In this document: positions 7,908-15,843 of the stretch, piece by piece
How positions within the stretch are numbered: position 1 is the stretch's first letter
Layout of the letters: each line of letters starts with the position of its first letter
Virus record (IMG/VR): IMGVR_UViG_3300020043_002006
Span: 1-30,708 of that record
Length of the DNA stretch: 30,708 nucleotides
From: a virus
Taxonomy: Duplodnaviria; Caudoviricetes
Strand: one strand, 5' to 3'
The notes under the pieces: generated by a model
Databases searched by the model: none
What the model saw: the letters and a program-made list of their open reading frames with translations, nothing else
Told to the model about the DNA's origin: nothing
Program-made: the position numbers and the translations under genes

Positions 7908-8570
7908 ATGTTTATAAACCCTAACAGAAGGTTCGAATTAACCATAGATAAAAAGGTTTTCAGTTCTTTAAATAAAGATAAAAAAATATCCTATCTGTTT
8001 AGGAGTTCAAATGTAGGAAAATGTGCTGCTTTATTTGATGATTACTATCATTCTGTAAATGGTAATATTATACCACAAGATTGGTTTACATATTATAGCA
8101 GAAAAATAGGTGTTGATGTAATTATAAAGGTGTCTAAAGAACTTGAAAAAATAACCAATTTAAGTTATGATAATTGTTTTAAATATGCAAAATTTAGAAT
8201 ACTTGGGCAAACTTGGAATGGTATGCTAAACGAAATTGATTTGATTAACGAACTTAAAAAAGAGTTTCCAAATATTCAATTTAAAAAAGCACCTTACAAT
8301 TTAGATGAAAACTATTTTACTGATTGGGAAGCATACACAAATGGAAAGTTATTTTTAGGTTTACAAATAAAGCCAATAACGTATCAGTATATGAATACAC
8401 CTTATCAGAATCAGGCAAAGTTAAACCACGAAGCACAAAGGCAAAAGTATAAAGATGAATTTAAAGTTGCACATTTTCTGCTATATTATGAAGATAATAA
8501 ACTACACGAAAAGCAAAAAGTAATAGATAAAATAAATACATTATTAATAAATTTAATAGAAGTTAGATGA
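7908..8570 (+). CDS. Putative PD-(D/E)xK restriction-fold endonuclease, MjaI-like
   Basis: GQTWNG..NEI, LDENYFTD, LGLQIKPITY resemble the D...(Q/S)IKPxTY core I recall for the MjaI family; not verified by search. Confidence 0.5.
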   Translation: MFINPNRRFELTIDKKVFSSLNKDKKISYLFRSSNVGKCAALFDDYYHSVNGNIIPQDWFTYYSRKIGVDVIIKVSKELEKITNLSYDNCFKYAKFRILGQTWNGMLNEIDLINELKKEFPNIQFKKAPYNLDENYFTDWEAYTNGKLFLGLQIKPITYQYMNTPYQNQAKLNHEAQRQKYKDEFKVAHFLLYYEDNKLHEKQKVIDKINTLLINLIEVR

Positions 8571-8917
8571 ACAACATACAATTAGAATATTTAAAGCAAG
8601 TAATACTATCACAGTTATTATTAGAATGCAATGAAAATTTACGTTTTACAGTACAATACAAGCAACAAATTAAGAATAGAATAAACTTACTTAACAAAGA
8701 TTTAGAAAGTGTAGTACATAAAGAATATACAAGTATTTATAAAACAGACCCTGAAATGACTACTAACATTTTAAGTAAGATTGAAAGTTTGGTTTCTAAA
8801 TTAAGTACTTCAACACTTGATGAGTTAATTATGATAGATGCAGTTATTGAAAAATACAACGATAACAAAGAATGGTTTAAAGAATATGCTGAAGCTGAAT
8901 TTTTAAAGATTGAATAA
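8567..8917 (+). CDS. Hypothetical helical protein
   Basis: 116-aa ORF, ATGA-coupled to the upstream gene. Confidence 0.7.
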   Translation: MNNIQLEYLKQVILSQLLLECNENLRFTVQYKQQIKNRINLLNKDLESVVHKEYTSIYKTDPEMTTNILSKIESLVSKLSTSTLDELIMIDAVIEKYNDNKEWFKEYAEAEFLKIE

Positions 8918-9122
8918 TATGACGCTAAAAGAAAAGTTTGAACAATTTACAGAACAAAAGAGTTATGATAAAAAAAATTATAACGCAGAAGAATGCGAAC
9001 AAATAGCCGATGAATATGCTATTGAGTTTGCAGAGTGGGCTATTGACTATTCATTCAATGGTATGTATTCAAATGACGTTAAGGAACTATTAGAGGAATT
9101 TAAAAAAGAAAAAGGATTATGA
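8910..9122 (+). CDS. Hypothetical protein
   Basis: 70 aa; AIEFAEW...ELLEEFKKEKGL; likely start at the internal Met (MTLKEKF). Confidence 0.65.
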   Translation: MNNMTLKEKFEQFTEQKSYDKKNYNAEECEQIADEYAIEFAEWAIDYSFNGMYSNDVKELLEEFKKEKGL

Positions 9123-9349
9123 GCAAAATAACACCACTACATTATATGACTGATTCAAAAGTTGATGTAATAGATTTCTGTAAAATGTACGATATGAATT
9201 TTAACAGAGGTAACATAGTAAAGTACTTGGCACGTGCAGGTAAAAAAGATAATGAACTTGATGACTTACGAAAGGCTTTAAACTATATGATGCGAGAAAT
9301 AGAGCATTACGAAAAGTTGCAAGAACAATGGATTGAAAACAATAAGTAG
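9119..9349 (+). CDS. DUF3310-family protein (T7 gp1.7-like nucleotide kinase domain)
   Basis: PLHY..DVIDF..FNRGNIVKYLARAGKK..DLRKALNY signature. Confidence 0.8.
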   Translation: MSKITPLHYMTDSKVDVIDFCKMYDMNFNRGNIVKYLARAGKKDNELDDLRKALNYMMREIEHYEKLQEQWIENNK

Positions 9350-9370
9350 GGTAACACCTACTTTTTTTTT
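9344..9370 (+). terminator. Rho-independent terminator
   Basis: AAGTAGG/CCTACTT stem with T9 tail. Confidence 0.8.
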
Positions 9371-9431
9371 GTTAATTTTTTGTTAATTTTTTGTTGAAAT
9401 GTTAATAAGTAAAAAATAAGTTATATATTTG
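9370..9431 (+). promoter_or_regulatory. Early host-sigma promoter with TGTTAA repeats
   Basis: TGTTAA 9370 and 9381, TGTTGA 9392, TGTTAA 9400; TATATTTG 9424-9431. Confidence 0.7.
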
Positions 9432-9454
9432 CTGAAACAATTAAACAAAACAAT

Positions 9455-9640
9455 ATGCAAACATTTAAGTATCGTGGTCAAGAAATACAAGTTGATTACC
9501 ACACAGTAGAAGTAAAAGGTGAATTACCTGAAGTTATTATTGGTTCAGTATTTTATGAAGGTACTGATATAACAATGATACTATCACAAGATGATGAAGC
9601 TGAAATATTAGAAACAATTTACGATAAATTATATAACTAA
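9455..9640 (+). CDS. Acidic hypothetical protein
   Basis: 61-aa ORF after promoter and A-rich leader. Confidence 0.7.
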   Translation: MQTFKYRGQEIQVDYHTVEVKGELPEVIIGSVFYEGTDITMILSQDDEAEILETIYDKLYN

Positions 9641-9846
9641 TGAAAGCAGAAGTAATAAACGAATTGGATAGCTTAATTCAATTAACAAAGGATTTAGAAA
9701 ACGTATATATACAAAACAGGTTACGTTACGTTAAAAAATTATTACTTACTGATTGGAATGAATCAGATTTGTATTACCAACAAATTAGAGAAGTATTAAG
9801 AACAGATGAAACAATGAACAATTTAAACGATTTAAACATAAGATAA
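9640..9846 (+). CDS. Hypothetical protein
   Basis: 68 aa, TAATG-coupled. Confidence 0.65.
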   Translation: MKAEVINELDSLIQLTKDLENVYIQNRLRYVKKLLLTDWNESDLYYQQIREVLRTDETMNNLNDLNIR

Positions 9847-9847
9847 T

Positions 9848-10612
9848 ATGATAACAACATTTGATAACAAACAATGGGATAAAGAAGAACTATTAGCTAA
9901 TATGTATGATGATAGTTTTTACTATGGTTACTTAGGGCAAAACGCATTAAGTAGTTCAAGTATTAAAACATTAATATCTTCACCTAAAACATATTACTTT
10001 ACAACTAAATATGGTAGTGGTGAAACACAAGCGTTACGTGATGGTAAACTATTTCATACAATGATATTAGAACCTGAAAAATTAGATGATATTATCTTTG
10101 TAGATGCTGCAACAAAAGCAAGTAAAGAATTTAAACTTGCAAAAGAAACAGGAAAAGAAGTTTACACTAAAAACGAAAAGAAATCTGCTGAACGTTTATG
10201 CGATGCTTTACTAAGAAATGAAGCAGTAAAAGAATACTTAACAAAAGCAGAATATGAAGTTCCACAAATAGCAATGATTGATGGAATACCAATAAGAGCA
10301 AAAGCAGACATATTAAAAGGCAATACTATTATTGATTTAAAAACTACAACAGGTATTAAAGATTTTAGATACAGTGCTGATAAATATTCTTATGATTTAC
10401 AAGCGTGGTTATATCGTGAAATGTTTGGTGTAGAAAACTTTGTATTCATAGCAATAGACAAAGGCAGCTTAGACATCGCAATATTTGAATGTAGTGATGA
10501 GTTCTACGCTAAAGGTAAAGAAAAGTTTGAACAGGGTGTAAGCAACTATAAATACTTTTTTCAAACAGAAGGTGTTGACTTGGACCAATATGTATTAAGA
10601 GGTGTACTATAA
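9848..10612 (+). CDS. PD-(D/E)xK exonuclease (RecE/ExoVIII, DUF3799-like)
   Basis: LSSSSIK, GKLFHTMILEP, EYE, RAKADIL, IIDLKTT, YDLQAWLY; plausible partner of ERF. Confidence 0.85.
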   Translation: MITTFDNKQWDKEELLANMYDDSFYYGYLGQNALSSSSIKTLISSPKTYYFTTKYGSGETQALRDGKLFHTMILEPEKLDDIIFVDAATKASKEFKLAKETGKEVYTKNEKKSAERLCDALLRNEAVKEYLTKAEYEVPQIAMIDGIPIRAKADILKGNTIIDLKTTTGIKDFRYSADKYSYDLQAWLYREMFGVENFVFIAIDKGSLDIAIFECSDEFYAKGKEKFEQGVSNYKYFFQTEGVDLDQYVLRGVL

Positions 10613-10839
10613 TGGAACTAACAAAAGATGAAGCATTTGCAATGACACTTTATGATATATCACAAGGTGAATCATTAGAAACAATGCGATACGTTTTAAA
10701 AGACTATGAAGAACGTGAAGAATTTGAAGTTTGTGCAGGTATACATTTAGCAATAGAAGTTTCTTCATTTTTAACACTTACTGCAGTAGTAGAAGAATTT
10801 AACCCAATAGAATTAGAATTAACATTTGATGAATTATGA
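10612..10839 (+). CDS. Acidic hypothetical protein
   Basis: 75 aa, coupled to the exonuclease. Confidence 0.65.
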   Translation: MELTKDEAFAMTLYDISQGESLETMRYVLKDYEEREEFEVCAGIHLAIEVSSFLTLTAVVEEFNPIELELTFDEL

Positions 10840-11042
10840 CAGCAAAAGAAAAAGCAAAAGAGCTATTTGATAAGTATGTAGATTTAAGTGGTATTTTTGT
10901 AGGTGATTATGAAAGTGAAAAATCAATGTGTTTAATAGCAGTTGATGAAATATTAGAAAGTCATTATAAATTATTATCAGGAGTAAATACTACTATATAT
11001 AAATATTGGCAAGAAGTTAAACAAGAAATAGAAAAGTTATGA
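10836..11042 (+). CDS. Hypothetical protein
   Basis: MTAKEKAKELF..CLIAVDEIL..YWQEVKQEIEKL. Confidence 0.7.
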   Translation: MTAKEKAKELFDKYVDLSGIFVGDYESEKSMCLIAVDEILESHYKLLSGVNTTIYKYWQEVKQEIEKL

Positions 11043-11494
11043 TAGTAGAAAAAATTAAACAAGAAACAGGAATTGATGTAACCTTAAAAAGCAGGAAACG
11101 AGAACAAATAGAAATGAAAACATTAGCATCATTTTTATTAAGACAAAAAGGTTATTCGTTACACCAAATAGGAAAAGAACTAAACCTAAACCACGCAACG
11201 ATAATACATCATTTAAAAATATACCCAAGTGTAAAACATTACAATCCAAGGGTACAAGAAATAGAAAATATATTAGTTGGTAAAAAACCTGATTTAGTAG
11301 TTGAATCATTACAAAAAACATTAGAGTTAAAAGACAAAGAAATAAAAGAACTTAATGCAAGAATAGAACAACTACAAACAAACACAAATATAACACGCTT
11401 GATTAACTTATTAGATAACGATGACATACAAAATAAGTTTGAAGCATTTTTAACTATTAACGAAAAAGCAAGATATTATAAAAAATATGAGTAA
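11039..11494 (+). CDS. DnaA domain IV-like HTH protein with C-terminal coiled coil
   Basis: KSRKRE..YSLHQIGKELNLNHATIIH resembles the DnaA C-terminal HTH (SLxxIG..F..DHTTV.H). Confidence 0.7.
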   Translation: MIVEKIKQETGIDVTLKSRKREQIEMKTLASFLLRQKGYSLHQIGKELNLNHATIIHHLKIYPSVKHYNPRVQEIENILVGKKPDLVVESLQKTLELKDKEIKELNARIEQLQTNTNITRLINLLDNDDIQNKFEAFLTINEKARYYKKYE

Positions 11495-11603
11495 TTTACA
11501 ACGCATACAAAGAGTAATGAACTTCTATTATAAAAGAGGTTGTAATAAAGAATCAGTAAATAGATTGTATTATAAAATACTAAAGGATAAATTCAATAAA
11601 TAA
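11487..11603 (+). CDS. Small basic protein (38 aa, not in ORF track)
   Basis: MSNLQRIQRVMNFYYKRGCNKESVN...; fills the gap between genes. Confidence 0.55.
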   Translation: MSNLQRIQRVMNFYYKRGCNKESVNRLYYKILKDKFNK

Positions 11604-11604
11604 G

Positions 11605-11760
11605 ATGGGAGATTTTACAATGTGCGATGGGCAAGGTTGTGAATTGAAATCAACCTGCTATAGATATAAAGCTGAACCAAGTTTATACAGACAAAGTTAT
11701 TTTACTGAATCACCTGTTGAAGATGGTCAATGTGATTACTATTGGGAAATAGAAGATTAA
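11605..11760 (+). CDS. Small four-Cys protein (51 aa, not in ORF track)
   Basis: MGDFTMCDGQGCELKSTCYRY...QCDYYW. Confidence 0.65.
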   Translation: MGDFTMCDGQGCELKSTCYRYKAEPSLYRQSYFTESPVEDGQCDYYWEIED

Positions 11761-11787
11761 CAATTAGTTAAACCTATTATTTTTAAA
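11760..11787 (+). promoter_or_regulatory. Candidate late promoter ACAA-N12-WTWATTTTWAAA (copy 1)
   Basis: One of five copies with fixed spacing upstream of late genes. Confidence 0.55.
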
Positions 11788-11809
11788 ATGAATAAACAAA
11801 TTAATTCAA

Positions 11810-12055
11810 ATGGAAAATAAAAGAGGTGGTGTACGTGAAGGAGCAGGTAGACCAAGTAAAGCTGAAGAAGTAGCTATGATTGAAAAGTTAAAGCCATTAG
11901 AACCAAAAGCGTTTGAAGCATTAAAGAAAGGTTTAGATAATGGTGACTTTAAATTTGTTCAGTTGTTTTATAACTACTATGCAGGTAAACCACGAGAAAC
12001 AAAAGATATTACTTTGAATAGTGAACAGCCACTATTTAATATAAGCGATTTATAA
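11810..12055 (+). CDS. terS: Probable terminase small subunit
   Basis: GGVREGAGRP N-terminal motif, YYAGKP; directly upstream of TerL. Confidence 0.65.
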   Translation: MENKRGGVREGAGRPSKAEEVAMIEKLKPLEPKAFEALKKGLDNGDFKFVQLFYNYYAGKPRETKDITLNSEQPLFNISDL

Positions 12056-12073
12056 GCCATTTAAAACACTTTT

Positions 12074-13243
12074 ATGAGTGAATTTGTAGTTACTACTGCA
12101 ATAAAGAAAATGTTGCGTTTAAACAAACGTAAACGAGTTGTACAAGGTGGAACATCAGCAGGTAAAACTTTTGGTGTTCTGCCTATACTTATTGATAAAG
12201 CTATACGTGAACCATTACTTGAAATTAGTGTAGTATCAGAATCAATACCACATTTGCGTAGAGGTGCTTTAAAAGATTTCTTAAAGATTATGATGATGAC
12301 TAATAGGTATCGCGATATTCAATTTAACAAATCAACTTTAAAGTACACATTTGCCAATGGTAGTTACATCGAGTTCTTTAGTGTAGACCAACCTGATAAA
12401 CTACGTGGTGCAAGAAGAAATGTATTATATATAAACGAATGTAACAATGTACCTTTTGAAGCATACAATCAACTTGCAATAAGAACAAGTGGCGATATAT
12501 GGTTGGACTACAATCCAACTAATGAGTTTTGGGTACACAGAGAAGTTTTAAAAGATGAAGATGCTGAATTGATAGTACTTACTTATTTGGATAATGAAGC
12601 GTTACCACAATCAATAGTAAAAGAAATTGAACTTGCAAAAGCTAAAGCAGTTGATAACGAATATTGGGCGAATTGGTGGCAAGTGTACGGACTTGGTCAA
12701 GTAGGTCGTTTAGAAGGTGCCTGTATTCCAAATTGGAGTGAAATAGAATTACCACCTGAAGCAAGATTATTATGTTATGGTATGGACTTTGGCTATAGTG
12801 TTGACCCAACAAGTTTAATTGGTTTATACAAATACAATGATGCTTATATATTTGATGAAATCATTTATCAAAAAGGTTTATTGAATAGCGATATAAACAA
12901 CCTGTTAAAAGCAAATGATATTACTGAAATGATTTACGCTGATTCTGCTGAACCTAAATCAATAGCTGAACTAAGTAGTTATGGTAATATGATATTGCCT
13001 GTAACAAAAGGTAGAGATAGCGTTATATACGGAATCAATTTAATGAATCAAAACAGAATATACGTAACAAGTAGAAGTAAGAACTTGATAAAGGAATTAA
13101 GAAACTATACTTGGATGCAAGATAAAGAAGGCAATACACTTAATAAACCTATTGATGCTTTTAATCACGCTATTGATGCAGCACGTTACGCGTTTACTTC
13201 ACAGTTAGAGAATCCACACAAAGGAAACTACTATATCTATTAA
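12074..13243 (+). CDS. terL: Terminase large subunit (PBSX/SPP1-like)
   Basis: QGGTSAGKT Walker A, LYINECN Walker B, DYNP, GMDFGY, ADSAEPK, NHAIDAARY. Confidence 0.95.
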   Translation: MSEFVVTTAIKKMLRLNKRKRVVQGGTSAGKTFGVLPILIDKAIREPLLEISVVSESIPHLRRGALKDFLKIMMMTNRYRDIQFNKSTLKYTFANGSYIEFFSVDQPDKLRGARRNVLYINECNNVPFEAYNQLAIRTSGDIWLDYNPTNEFWVHREVLKDEDAELIVLTYLDNEALPQSIVKEIELAKAKAVDNEYWANWWQVYGLGQVGRLEGACIPNWSEIELPPEARLLCYGMDFGYSVDPTSLIGLYKYNDAYIFDEIIYQKGLLNSDINNLLKANDITEMIYADSAEPKSIAELSSYGNMILPVTKGRDSVIYGINLMNQNRIYVTSRSKNLIKELRNYTWMQDKEGNTLNKPIDAFNHAIDAARYAFTSQLENPHKGNYYIY

Positions 13244-13404
13244 TGACATACGGTGAAATCATAGCAACAATAGAATGCTACATTTATTTAAAGACTAATC
13301 AAAACGTATTGATAGGTATGCCACGTAATGTAGGTGAAATAAAGAAAATGAAATCAATGTATGAAATAGCTAAACAAGAAGTTGCTTATATGTGGCAAGT
13401 TTAA
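13243..13404 (+). CDS. Small hypothetical protein (53 aa, not in ORF track)
   Basis: TAATG-coupled to TerL; MTYGEIIATIECYIYLKT... Confidence 0.6.
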   Translation: MTYGEIIATIECYIYLKTNQNVLIGMPRNVGEIKKMKSMYEIAKQEVAYMWQV

Positions 13405-13471
13405 TTATATTCATTTAAATATAATATAGGTTATTTTGTTTGTTTTATATTCATTTGCGTATAGTTGTAAA

Positions 13472-13548
13472 TGTTAATGAAATGTTAAAGTTTTATAATT
13501 TAGTTGTATATTAAAAATAAAGTGTAATTTTACACCATCAAACAATAA
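13472..13548 (+). promoter_or_regulatory. Early-type promoter inside the late region
   Basis: TGTTAA 13472 and 13483, TAGTTG, TAATTTTA variant -7, CATCAAACAATAA leader shared with the 793-882 region. Confidence 0.55.
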
Positions 13549-13560
13549 CAATTAGAAATT

Positions 13561-13707
13561 ATGAGATATTTACACTACGTTTTAGACCAAGAAGGAAACA
13601 CAATAGAAATGCTTTTTTCTTCAAATAACAAACCTCGACTTTCAATGGAATGTTTAGCTAAAATTAAACAAGGTCAATATTTAATTCAAGATAGAGAAAA
13701 CAATTAA
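13561..13707 (+). CDS. Small hypothetical protein (48 aa, not in ORF track)
   Basis: MRYLHYVLDQEGNTIEMLF...; follows promoter and leader. Confidence 0.55.
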   Translation: MRYLHYVLDQEGNTIEMLFSSNNKPRLSMECLAKIKQGQYLIQDRENN

Positions 13708-13719
13708 AACAAAACAATT

Positions 13720-13857
13720 ATGAAAACAGTTACAGGAGTATTATCAGCATCGTTAGCTATGGCAAGTACTGAACCATTAGTACAATTATCATTTGCATTA
13801 TTAACCTTTTATTTAATCTACCGTGAACTTAAAAGCGATGAAAAATTGTCTGAATAA
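13720..13857 (+). CDS. Small membrane protein (45 aa, not in ORF track)
   Basis: MKTVTGVLSASLAMASTEPLVQLSFALLTFYLIYRELK; AAACAATT leader. Confidence 0.55.
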   Translation: MKTVTGVLSASLAMASTEPLVQLSFALLTFYLIYRELKSDEKLSE

Positions 13858-14050
13858 CGGAATCACTATTTATCCTGTTGTAATATATGATACTTATTTT
13901 GTAGGCAAACGAAAAATCAATTACGTTAAAATAGAAATCAATGTAAATGGTGCAAAGAAATTAGGAAACGATAAATACAAACAAGATGAAACACTAACAC
14001 AAAAGGTGTTTGAATTATATGAAGTATTAAATTTGAAGTTAGTTAAATAG
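13838..14050 (+). CDS. Hypothetical protein
   Basis: ATG 13838 in frame with the track ORF 13823..14050. Confidence 0.6.
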   Translation: MKNCLNNGITIYPVVIYDTYFVGKRKINYVKIEINVNGAKKLGNDKYKQDETLTQKVFELYEVLNLKLVK

Positions 14051-14110
14051 TTAACAGGATGTGAGTTCAGCAATCCACCCAATTACACATCGCAAGGTGG
14101 TAGTTAACTA
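14048..14110 (+). other. Candidate structured RNA/DNA element (pseudoknot-capable)
   Basis: TAGTTAAC/GTTAACTA outer stem, GATGTG/CACATC stem, crossing CCACC/GGTGG pairing. Confidence 0.4.
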
Positions 14111-14114
14111 AATT

Positions 14115-14143
14115 AAGGCAATCAGAAATGGTTGTCTTTTTTT
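14115..14143 (+). terminator. Rho-independent terminator
   Basis: AAGGCAATCA-GAAA-TGGTTGTCTT stem-loop plus T-run. Confidence 0.8.
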
Positions 14144-14150
14144 GTTTTAT

Positions 14151-14178
14151 ACAATTACTACTTTAATTAATTTTTAAA
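14151..14178 (+). promoter_or_regulatory. Candidate late promoter (copy 2)
   Basis: ACAA-N12-TTAATTTTTAAA. Confidence 0.55.
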
Positions 14179-14185
14179 ATAAAAT

Positions 14186-14857
14186 ATGAAAGTAGATATT
14201 AATGTTCCTGAATCGTTAAACGAAATTACTTTGTATCAGTATCAAAAGTTTGAAAAGCTAATACAAGATAATGAGCCGAGCCATTTTGTGAATCAGAAAA
14301 CTATTGAAATCTTTTGTAATATTGATTTAAGAGATGTAGCAAGGATAAGAATAGCTGATGTTGATGATTTACTTGTACATTTAAACAACTTACTACAACA
14401 AAAGCCACGTTTAACTAAAACATTTAAGTTAGGTGTTTACGAGTTTGGTTTTATGCCTAAAATTGAAGATATGACTTCAGGCGAGTTCATAGATTTAGAA
14501 AACTATTTATCAAGTACTGATACATTGCATAAAGCTATGGCTGTATTGTACAGGCCAATTACATCAAAGGTTAAAGACTTATACATAATAGAAGAATACG
14601 AATCAAGTAGTAAATATAGTGAGGTATTAAAGTATATGCCTTTAGATATTGCACTTGGTTCTATGCTTTTTTTTTGGACTTTGCTCAACGATTGCGGGAA
14701 CGCTTTGAACCATTATATATTGAGCGAAGTGGAACAATCGGAACAAGCGAAGCAAGTTTTGGAAAAAAATGGGGTTGGTATCAATCAATTTACGCAGCAG
14801 CTCAAGGAGATATACTTAAATTTGATTCCGTTACAAAACTACCAATCACTTCATTAA
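14186..14857 (+). CDS. Probable tail assembly chaperone (gpG-like), frame-0 product
   Basis: First gene of the tail cluster; contains a T9 slippery run at 14667-14675. Confidence 0.55.
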   Translation: MKVDINVPESLNEITLYQYQKFEKLIQDNEPSHFVNQKTIEIFCNIDLRDVARIRIADVDDLLVHLNNLLQQKPRLTKTFKLGVYEFGFMPKIEDMTSGEFIDLENYLSSTDTLHKAMAVLYRPITSKVKDLYIIEEYESSSKYSEVLKYMPLDIALGSMLFFWTLLNDCGNALNHYILSEVEQSEQAKQVLEKNGVGINQFTQQLKEIYLNLIPLQNYQSLH

Positions 14858-14928
14858 TGACTTGGTTAATGTTTGAAAAAGAAAAAACAGAAATAGAAAT
14901 AAAAAACATAAAAAGAAATGGTGTATAG
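14674..14928 (+). CDS. -1 frameshift extension (gpGT-like C-terminal part)
   Basis: Listed start TTG falls inside the T9 run, in the -1 frame; FGKKWGWYQSIY; bridges to the next gene at 14918. Confidence 0.6.
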   Translation: MDFAQRLRERFEPLYIERSGTIGTSEASFGKKWGWYQSIYAAAQGDILKFDSVTKLPITSLMTWLMFEKEKTEIEIKNIKRNGV

Positions 14929-15340
14929 AATTATTAGAGAAATTAAAGAAGCGTTACTTGATGAACCATTTGTAAACACAGTTACCGAGGGTGATATATT
15001 TGCAGTTGATTTAAACAAACAGACAATGTTTCCTTTGAGCCATATTATATTGAATCAAGCTACACATCAAGGTAATGTGTTATCGTTTAATATAACGCTT
15101 TTATTGATGGATATTATTAACCAAAAAGATGATGATAATAAAGTTGATATTTGGAATACTCAAATGTTAGTAGGCACACGTGTATTGAATAGATTAAACA
15201 GAGGTGATTTGCGTAGTGACTTTTGGGAGTTAACAGGTAACCCAACGTTTGAACCTTTTACTGAGCGATTTGAAAACGATTTAGCAGGATGGGCAATAAC
15301 GTTTGATGTATTAGTAAGAAACGATGTAACTATCTGTTAG
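14918..15340 (+). CDS. Probable tail terminator/completion protein
   Basis: 140 aa in tail cluster; FPLSHI..FTERFENDLAGW; size and alternating beta pattern. Confidence 0.5.
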   Translation: MVYRIIREIKEALLDEPFVNTVTEGDIFAVDLNKQTMFPLSHIILNQATHQGNVLSFNITLLLMDIINQKDDDNKVDIWNTQMLVGTRVLNRLNRGDLRSDFWELTGNPTFEPFTERFENDLAGWAITFDVLVRNDVTIC

Positions 15341-15843
15341 TGGATAATCAACAAACATATAAATTTTTAAACGACTTTGCTAAATATGTTATTCAGCAGA
15401 GTAGAAGCAATTTGAGTAAATCAAACAAGAACGTAGATAAGAAGCTATATAATTCACTTGATAAAGAAATTGAAGTTAGTGCAAATAGTTTTCGTTTAAG
15501 TTTCTTAATGGAAGATTACGGAGCGTTTCAGGACCAAGGTGTAAGTGGTACTAAAAAGAAATACAATACACCATTTAGTTACAAAAGTAAAAGACCACCA
15601 TTAAAACCTATTACTGATTGGGTAACAAAACGTAGATTTCAATTCAGAAAACCTAATGGTAAATTTATGAGTTACCAATCAACTGCTTATTTAGTTGCAG
15701 GTGGGATTTTAAAGAATGGTATCAAGCCAAGTTTATTTTTTACTAAACCATTTGAAAAAGCATTTGAACGTTTACCTGATGAATTAATTGAAGTCTATGG
15801 TTTGGATGTAGAACAATTTTTAAAATATACAATTAACAAATAA
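15340..15843 (+). CDS. Probable neck/tail-completion (virion morphogenesis) protein
   Basis: Basic; YGAFQDQGV, RPP, GIKPSLFF; position in tail cluster. Confidence 0.5.
   Translation: MDNQQTYKFLNDFAKYVIQQSRSNLSKSNKNVDKKLYNSLDKEIEVSANSFRLSFLMEDYGAFQDQGVSGTKKKYNTPFSYKSKRPPLKPITDWVTKRRFQFRKPNGKFMSYQSTAYLVAGGILKNGIKPSLFFTKPFEKAFERLPDELIEVYGLDVEQFLKYTINK

Noticed and set aside
14036-14110. Known self-cleaving ribozyme (GTTAAATAGTT resembles a pistol linker)
   Set aside because: The other pistol elements are missing and there is no hammerhead CUGANGA core; kept only as an unclassified structure
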